DNA from: an uncultured Gammaproteobacteria bacterium
GTDB lineage: Bacteria; Pseudomonadota; Gammaproteobacteria; UBA6002
DNA: 64,000 bases
Direction of reading: 5' to 3'
Assembly: GCA_963817645.1 (NCBI GenBank)
Contig: CAWFQC010000031.1
Coordinates: forward strand, 34,299 to 98,298
This document shows, in pieces, positions 57,775 through 64,000 of this stretch (positions are counted from its first letter, which is position 1; every line of letters begins with the position of its first letter). The translations under genes were made by a program, and so were the position numbers. The notes below the pieces were generated by a model. That model did no database searches and had not been told where the DNA came from. It was given only the letters and a program-made list of their open reading frames with translations.

Positions 57775-59022
57775 ATGCATAAGATACTTCCATTGTATAT
57801 AGGCCTACGATATATTCGCGCTAAAAAGCGTAATCAATTTATCTCTTTCATTTCCTTGGTTTCAATGCTAGGGATAGCATTAGGTGTGACGGTATTAATT
57901 ACAGTACTTTCTGTCATGAATGGCTTTGATCATGAGATAAGTGACCGCATTTTTAATATGGCGCAGCAAGTTACTATCAGTAATTTTTCCCAAAGTGTCC
58001 CTAATTGGCAAAATCTGACGCAGCAAGTAAAAGTGAGGCCATCTGTTGTAGGGACCGCACCCTTTGTGACTGGGCAGGCTATGTTAGCCAGTATGGGGAT
58101 GGCCAAACCAGTAATTGTTACCGGGATAATCCCGAAAGAAGAGAGTAAAGTGTCACAACTGTCTTCGAAAATGACTCGAGGCAGCTTTGAAAACCTTCAA
58201 CCTGGAAAATTTCGAATTATTATGGGAGAAGCTCTGGCTGAGAATTTAGGGCTAGTGGTGGGTGATAAAGTTACAGTTTTAACAACAGATGTGAATGTCT
58301 CTCCTATTGGCGTAGTGCCACAATATAAACGATTCACTATTGCAGGGTTATTTCGTGTTGGCGGTGGTTTCCATTTTGATGAAAGCGCTGCCTTTATTGA
58401 GATGCATGATGCCCAGAAGTTATTTAAATTACAAGATAATGTTTCTGGACTTCGCTTGAAGGTTACCGATCTTTATGCTGCTCCTAAAGTGACAGATGAA
58501 CTTCAGCAGGCTTTGCCTAATTATTTTGTGGGAAATTGGACGCAGGAATTCGGTCCTTATTTTAAAGCCATTCAGATGGAAAAATCGATGATGTTTATCA
58601 TCTTAGTCTTAATCATTGCGATTGCAGCTTTTAATCTTGTTTCAACATTGGTCATGGTGGTGACAGATAAACGCTCTGAAATTGCTATTTTAAGAACACT
58701 GGGTGCAAGTCCTAAAACGATTATGGCTATATTTATGGTGCAAGGATGTATCGTGGGAGTAATAGGAACTTTCCTTGGTGTAACTGGAGGTATCTTGCTT
58801 GCCTTTAATGCTCCAAATATAGTGGCTGGTATACAACACCTATTTCATGTGCAATTAATTTCTTCTTCAGTATATTTTATTGATTACTTACCTTCACGTT
58901 TGGAATGGAAAGATGTTATGCAGATTTCACTGGTTTCTTTATTTTTAAGTCTAATCGCAACTATTTATCCTGCATGGCAGGCGTCGCGTACTCAACCCGC
59001 TGAAGCATTACGTTATGAGTAA
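57775..59022 (+). CDS. lolC: Lipoprotein-releasing ABC transporter permease (LolC/LolE family)
   Basis: N-terminal LYIGLRYIRAKKRNQFISFIS. FtsX-type C-terminal domain ending AWQASRTQPAEALRYE. Start chosen at ATG 57775. Confidence 0.85.
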   Translation: MHKILPLYIGLRYIRAKKRNQFISFISLVSMLGIALGVTVLITVLSVMNGFDHEISDRIFNMAQQVTISNFSQSVPNWQNLTQQVKVRPSVVGTAPFVTGQAMLASMGMAKPVIVTGIIPKEESKVSQLSSKMTRGSFENLQPGKFRIIMGEALAENLGLVVGDKVTVLTTDVNVSPIGVVPQYKRFTIAGLFRVGGGFHFDESAAFIEMHDAQKLFKLQDNVSGLRLKVTDLYAAPKVTDELQQALPNYFVGNWTQEFGPYFKAIQMEKSMMFIILVLIIAIAAFNLVSTLVMVVTDKRSEIAILRTLGASPKTIMAIFMVQGCIVGVIGTFLGVTGGILLAFNAPNIVAGIQHLFHVQLISSSVYFIDYLPSRLEWKDVMQISLVSLFLSLIATIYPAWQASRTQPAEALRYE

Positions 59023-59728
59023 TCATCCTCATCCCCATGTATTAGAATGTCAAAATATTACCAAAATTTTTAATGATGGCCGTTTGAATGTTGAAGTCCT
59101 CCGCGGAGCCGATTTAACTGTAGGCTCCAGGGAAATGATCGGAATTTTAGGTGTCTCTGGAGCTGGAAAAAGCACTTTTCTCCATATCCTGGGTGGGCTT
59201 GATGAACCAACAAGCGGTAAGGTATTGATTGCAGGTATAGATGTTCATAAGCTGTCAACAGCTAAAAAAGGCTACTTACGGAATCACTATTTAGGCTTTA
59301 TTTATCAATTTCATCATCTCTTGGCAGAGTTTAATGCCATTGAGAATGTCTCTATTCCTCTTTTGATTCGAGGTAATGCACCAAAGGAAGCACAGGAAAA
59401 AGCAAGGGCTATTTTAGAGAAAGTTGGACTTGCAAATCGCCAACTGCATCGTATTGGCGAATTGTCTGGAGGAGAAAGGCAGCGGGTTGCAATTGCACGT
59501 GCTTTAGTGACAGAACCTGTCTGCGTATTGGCTGATGAACCCACAGGCAACTTAGATAAAAAAACCGCTATGCAGGTTTTCGAATTAATGCTGCAACTTA
59601 ACGAAGATTTAAAAACAAGCTTTATTATAGTTACCCATGATGTGTCATTTGCAAATCGGATGCATCGTACCTTAACCTTAGAGCACGGTTTGCTTAGAAA
59701 CGAGCTGCTTCCTGAGGATAAGCCATAA
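59015..59728 (+). CDS. lolD: Lipoprotein-releasing ABC transporter ATP-binding protein
   Basis: Walker A GVSGAGKST, signature LSGGERQR, Walker B VLADEPTGNLD. It overlaps lolC by 8 nt. Confidence 0.9.
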   Translation: MSNHPHPHVLECQNITKIFNDGRLNVEVLRGADLTVGSREMIGILGVSGAGKSTFLHILGGLDEPTSGKVLIAGIDVHKLSTAKKGYLRNHYLGFIYQFHHLLAEFNAIENVSIPLLIRGNAPKEAQEKARAILEKVGLANRQLHRIGELSGGERQRVAIARALVTEPVCVLADEPTGNLDKKTAMQVFELMLQLNEDLKTSFIIVTHDVSFANRMHRTLTLEHGLLRNELLPEDKP

Positions 59729-59821
59729 CTAATTTTCTGAAAAGCTATACGCAACTAATTACTATATTGTTTTAAGCAAAAAATGTTGGCTTAATTCTTT
59801 TTATTTGAATAGAAAGAAAAT

Positions 59822-62107
59822 ATGCCAACCACTATATTATTATTTTTTGCGGGCATTCTTACAACAACTCTTTTTAGCCATATACCGAGTTTTTCAATTT
59901 TAATTCCTATTTTCATATGCTCTATTTTGGTTTTATATATTAAATCTGGGTTTATTACCTACATCGCTACCCTGTTTTTAGGATGTGCCTGGGCTTTAAT
60001 TTATGCGCACTTTATTTCTAATTGGACATGGCCTCATTCTCTTGAGAATAAAGTAATAAAGTTAGAAGGGGTTGTTGCTTCTTTACCTGATACCAATGAA
60101 AACAATACTACTTTTAATTTCGAGATTGCTAATTTGCAAAACAAATTTTTCCCCTTAGGAGTAAAGTTATCTTGGCATAAATGTAAGTCGTCATTGCATA
60201 TCGGAGAAAAATGGCGTCTTTTCGTTAAGTTAAAACGACCTCATGCACTGCGGAATCCAGGAAGTTTTGATATCGAAAAAACTTATTTTCAGCAACATAT
60301 CTGCGCGCTAGGAAATGTCATTACTTCTCCTAACAATTGTCGCTTGAAAGCTGCATCTGGACAATTTATCATTCAACGAGCGCGTGAATGGCTTGTCAAT
60401 AACATCCCTCAAAATATAAAAAACAGCCCATTTTTTGGTATTATTGTAGCACTTTCATTAGGTATTACTTCTAAAATATCTATTTCACAATGGCAAGTAT
60501 TTAGAGCAACTGGCACTAATCATCTTATCGCTATTTCTGGTCTTCACATTGGATTGGTAGCTGCTCTTTCATCAATATTAATGAGGAAATTATGGGGGAG
60601 ATTGCCAAATGCAGCTTTAAGGATGCCAACTAGTTATGTACAGGCACTCAGTAGCCTCATAGCTGCAATAATATATAGCTTGTTAGCAGGTTTATCTGCC
60701 TCGACTCAACGTGCATTAATTATGATACTTGTCACCACACTTGCAACTTTAACATGCAGACAGCTTTCTACCTTTAGAGCACTTGTGATTGCCTTGGGTA
60801 TTATCAACTTAATTAACCCCTTTACATTTCTTGCAAATGGCTTCTGGCTATCTTTTATTGCTGTTGGCGTTTTGATTTATGGAATGAATGCAAGATTAAA
60901 TTCAAAAGGAGCCTGGTATCATTGGAAGCCTCAATGGGTAGTTTGTATCGGAATGCTTCCAACAATCATATTTTTTTTTCAACAAGCTAGCCTTATATCA
61001 CTACCATCCAATTTTTTAGCCATTCCCTGGATCAGTTTTCTGGTAGTTCCTTGCTGTTTACTAGGGATAGCATTATTACCCGTATCGAAAATGCTATCTG
61101 CTACTTTGCTGCAAGTTGCAATATATTTGTTGCAATGTATTTGGTTTATCTTGGAAAGGCTTGCTGGATTATCCAATTTAATTTGGCATCCGTCATTTCA
61201 AAATGTTTATCATATTGTATTAGCAAATATAGCGGCTTTTATTACATTACTACCCGAGGGGATGCTAAATCGATTTGTTGCATCGATTTGGTGTTTAGCT
61301 TGTTTTTTAATGCCAACGCAAGCGCTAAAACCTAATCAAGTGCAGATAGTCGTTTTTGATGTAGGTCAAGGTCTAGCTACCTTAGTTCGCACTGCACACC
61401 ATACCATAGTCTATGACACTGGAGCCAAATTAAATGCCAATTTTGATATGGGGAAGGCGGTAATCATTCCTTATTTAATGCGTAAAGGAATTAAAACGAT
61501 TGATCTACTGACGGTTAGCCATGGAGATAATGATCATATTGGTGGTGCAGAGTCTATTCTACAAGCCATTCCGGTTCGCCGTATCGTGACAAGTGTTCCA
61601 GATCGCTTTAGCAAGCAGAAGGCATTATTCTGTACTGATAATATTGAATGGCAGTGGGATGGTGTAAAATTCAAATTTCTGTCTCCTCCCGATGCTCAGC
61701 ATTTCGTTGGTAACAATGCTTCTTGTGTCCTTAAAGTAATCAATGGTAAACAGAGCATTTTGCTTACAGGAGATATTGAAAAGAAGGCTGAACATCTATT
61801 AATAAAGAATCATCGCCATGAGCTTAAATCAACTATTTTACTAGCACCCCATCATGGCAGTAAAACATCTTCTACTTATCAATTTATTAAGGCAGTTTTG
61901 CCTAAATATGTCATTTTTTCTTGTGGCTATTTAAATTCCTATCATCATCCCCATAGAGTCATTGTGAATCGTTATGAAGAGAACCACGTGTCATCCTTCA
62001 GTACTGTTTTAAGCGGAGCAATCATCATGACTTTATCGGCTGATTCTGATATCGTGACTTATGAAGAATATCGCAAAAATCACCATAAGATTTGGCATAA
62101 AGATTAG
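59822..62107 (+). CDS. comEC: DNA internalisation-related competence protein ComEC/Rec2
   Basis: Polytopic membrane core (FRATGTNHLIAISGLHIG). C-terminal metallo-beta-lactamase domain (FDVGQG...SHGDNDHIGG...APHHGS). Confidence 0.85.
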   Translation: MPTTILLFFAGILTTTLFSHIPSFSILIPIFICSILVLYIKSGFITYIATLFLGCAWALIYAHFISNWTWPHSLENKVIKLEGVVASLPDTNENNTTFNFEIANLQNKFFPLGVKLSWHKCKSSLHIGEKWRLFVKLKRPHALRNPGSFDIEKTYFQQHICALGNVITSPNNCRLKAASGQFIIQRAREWLVNNIPQNIKNSPFFGIIVALSLGITSKISISQWQVFRATGTNHLIAISGLHIGLVAALSSILMRKLWGRLPNAALRMPTSYVQALSSLIAAIIYSLLAGLSASTQRALIMILVTTLATLTCRQLSTFRALVIALGIINLINPFTFLANGFWLSFIAVGVLIYGMNARLNSKGAWYHWKPQWVVCIGMLPTIIFFFQQASLISLPSNFLAIPWISFLVVPCCLLGIALLPVSKMLSATLLQVAIYLLQCIWFILERLAGLSNLIWHPSFQNVYHIVLANIAAFITLLPEGMLNRFVASIWCLACFLMPTQALKPNQVQIVVFDVGQGLATLVRTAHHTIVYDTGAKLNANFDMGKAVIIPYLMRKGIKTIDLLTVSHGDNDHIGGAESILQAIPVRRIVTSVPDRFSKQKALFCTDNIEWQWDGVKFKFLSPPDAQHFVGNNASCVLKVINGKQSILLTGDIEKKAEHLLIKNHRHELKSTILLAPHHGSKTSSTYQFIKAVLPKYVIFSCGYLNSYHHPHRVIVNRYEENHVSSFSTVLSGAIIMTLSADSDIVTYEEYRKNHHKIWHKD

Positions 62108-62116
62108 GAAGCTAGA

Positions 62117-63901
62117 ATGACAATAAAAACATTGCAAGCATTAAATCAAAATGATTCAGCAAAGATTTATCATCGATTATTGAAATCACTCAAACCCTAT
62201 TGTTTGATATTTACCATTGGTATCATTGCTACAGTCATTGAATCTGCATCAGAGGCTGGCTTTATTTCTCTTATCAAGCCGATTATTGATAAGGGCTTCA
62301 TTGCGCGTGATACACAATTCATTCGCTTATTGCCATTTATCATCATAATCGTTTTCATTTTTAAAGGTTTTTTTAGTTTTTTATCGAGTTATTATGTTAA
62401 TAAAGTAGGGCGTCGTGTCATTACTGATTTTCGCCAACGCATTTTTGACCATTTATTAAAAATGCCAGCTGCTTTTTATGATAAACAAACTTCAGGCCAA
62501 CTACTTTCGCTATTAATATACAATGTTGAACAGGTTGCTGAGGCAACGACCTTTGCTTTATTAACTGTGGTCCAAGAAAGTTGCTTGATAATTGGTTTTA
62601 TTGTTGTGATGTTTACCAATAGTTGGCAACTGAGTTTATTGTTCCTGATAGCCACTCCATTAATGGCCTGGATTGTTCGATATACCAGTAAGCGTTTGCA
62701 AACATTAAGCTCAAATGTACAAAAAGCGATGGGACAAGTTTCCCATGTTGCTGAAGAAGCCATCGAAGGATATAAGGTAATTAGAACTTTTGGAGGTGAA
62801 CAATACGAACGAAATAAATTTTTGCAAGCAACAGAGCTAAATCAGCATCGTGAAATGAAAATTATTGTAACAGACACCATTGGTTCCTCAATTGTCCAAA
62901 TTTTGGCAGCCATCCCTATTTCTTGTATTTTATTTTTAGCCATTTTGCCTTCTCTTAAAATTTCGGCCGGAAGCTTTGTGGCAATTTTGAGCGCAATGGT
63001 TCTTCTTCTAAGACCTATGAGACGTTTAAATCGAATCAATAATACTATTCAAAAAGGGATTGCTGGTGCTAGGAGTATTTTTGAGCTGTTGGATAAACCT
63101 ATTGAAGAAGACCAAGGAAAAATCAACTTGGATCGAGCGAAAGGGGATATTGAATTTATTGATGTCAACTTTCAGTACACTAAAGATACAAAGCGAATAC
63201 TGCATAATATTAATTTTAAAATTCAGGCAGGTGAAACCATTGCTCTGGTGGGGCGATCGGGTAGTGGTAAAACTTCATTAGTTAATCTTTTGCCTCGATT
63301 TTATGAAATAGATACCGGAAAAATTTGTATGGATGGTGTTAACATACGAGATTACCGCTTGGGTGAACTTCGCCGCCAATTTGCCTTTGTATCGCAGCAT
63401 GTAAATTTATTTAATGACACTGTTGCAAATAATATAGCTTACGGAATTTTTGAAAAAGTTTCTCGCCAAAAAATTAAAGAAGCTGCACAAGCGGCTTGTG
63501 CATTAGAATTTATTTCACAATTACCCAAAAAATTTGATACATTGATTGGAGAAAATGGCGTATTATTATCAGGTGGTCAACGACAGCGTATTGCTATTGC
63601 ACGGGCTATTTTAAAAGAAGCGCCTATTCTTATTTTAGATGAAGCAACTTCTGCACTCGATACCGAATCAGAACGTTATATCCAATTAGCTTTAGAAAAA
63701 CTCATGCAAAACAGTACTACTATTGTTATTGCTCATCGCTTATCAACAATTGAAAATGCTGATAGGATATTAGTAATTGATAATGGCATTATCTTAGAAT
63801 GTGGTACGCATCAAGAACTAATAATGCTTGGTGGACATTATGCCAAGTTACATTCCACGAGATTTTCAGAAAAAATTTCCACTGAAGAAGCATGGGTATG
63901 A
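62117..63901 (+). CDS. msbA: Lipid A export ABC transporter (permease/ATPase) MsbA
   Basis: Six-TM exporter domain. Walker A GRSGSGKTS, LSGGQRQRIAIARA, ILDEATSALD. It is followed directly by lpxK. Confidence 0.9.
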   Translation: MTIKTLQALNQNDSAKIYHRLLKSLKPYCLIFTIGIIATVIESASEAGFISLIKPIIDKGFIARDTQFIRLLPFIIIIVFIFKGFFSFLSSYYVNKVGRRVITDFRQRIFDHLLKMPAAFYDKQTSGQLLSLLIYNVEQVAEATTFALLTVVQESCLIIGFIVVMFTNSWQLSLLFLIATPLMAWIVRYTSKRLQTLSSNVQKAMGQVSHVAEEAIEGYKVIRTFGGEQYERNKFLQATELNQHREMKIIVTDTIGSSIVQILAAIPISCILFLAILPSLKISAGSFVAILSAMVLLLRPMRRLNRINNTIQKGIAGARSIFELLDKPIEEDQGKINLDRAKGDIEFIDVNFQYTKDTKRILHNINFKIQAGETIALVGRSGSGKTSLVNLLPRFYEIDTGKICMDGVNIRDYRLGELRRQFAFVSQHVNLFNDTVANNIAYGIFEKVSRQKIKEAAQAACALEFISQLPKKFDTLIGENGVLLSGGQRQRIAIARAILKEAPILILDEATSALDTESERYIQLALEKLMQNSTTIVIAHRLSTIENADRILVIDNGIILECGTHQELIMLGGHYAKLHSTRFSEKISTEEAWV

Positions 63902-64000
63902 AAGTTGTGGAAAAACTATGGTACTCAAAAAATATATTTTCTATTTTGTTACTTCCTTTTTCCTATCTTTACTTGATTTTTTATTCTCTGCATAGATTAC
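63898..64000 (+). CDS. lpxK: Tetraacyldisaccharide 4'-kinase LpxK, 5' end (truncated by the window)
   Basis: The ATG overlaps the msbA stop (ATGA). MKVVEKLWYSKNIFSILLLPFSYLYLIFYSL parallels the E. coli LpxK N-terminus (EKIW...LLLPLSWLY). Confidence 0.6.
   Translation, partial: MKVVEKLWYSKNIFSILLLPFSYLYLIFYSLHRL

Noticed and set aside
1-64000. Searched by eye for tRNA, rRNA and known riboswitch signatures (T-loop GTTCGAATC-type strings, RNase P, SRP, TPP and cobalamin boxes).
   Set aside because: I found none. A covariance-model scan is still needed, because detection by eye is insensitive.

Overview
This is an AT-rich window that looks like a Legionellales-type intracellular gammaproteobacterium. 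That attribution is an inference from gene content: several ankyrin, Sel1 and other eukaryotic-like multidomain ORFs, plus a lolC-lolD-comEC-msbA-lpxK core block. Positions 1-56.7 kb are mosaic accessory DNA and 56.7-64 kb is conserved housekeeping.

- **1-5.3 kb:** the 3' end of an NRPS module whose adenylation domain is interrupted by a methyltransferase, followed by a hybrid sensor kinase, a PAS-LuxR regulator and a cupin protein.
- **5.3-15.8 kb:** a decaying defence island. It holds two apparently intact toxin-antitoxin pairs and a type I restriction-modification locus. In that locus a fused HsdM/half-HsdS ORF (976 aa) is intact, while hsdR carries at least seven lesions. The island also contains fragments of older hsdS, hsdR, hsdM and abiEii genes.
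- **15.8-51.5 kb:** large effector-like ORFs mixed with small metabolic and acetyltransferase genes and many gene relics. The large ORFs include a paralogous family with an esterase/ChaN/Tiki-like N-terminal domain and ankyrin repeats, an 813-aa protein with an AvrB-like C-terminus, a 1417-aa EEP + Sel1 protein, and a 957-aa glutamine-amidotransferase-like protein with repeats.
- **Mobile DNA:** this is abundant.
  - An IS200-like element.
  - A roughly 137-bp MITE family with 18-bp terminal inverted repeats. It has four independent insertions, each flanked by an 11-bp target-site duplication.
  - A second, palindromic MITE.
  - A three-level nest in which an IS66-family element sits inside the transposase gene of an IS4-family element, which itself sits inside a MITE copy.

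I found no rRNA, tRNA or CRISPR array. Function calls rest on motifs I could read in the translations. Nothing was searched against databases.
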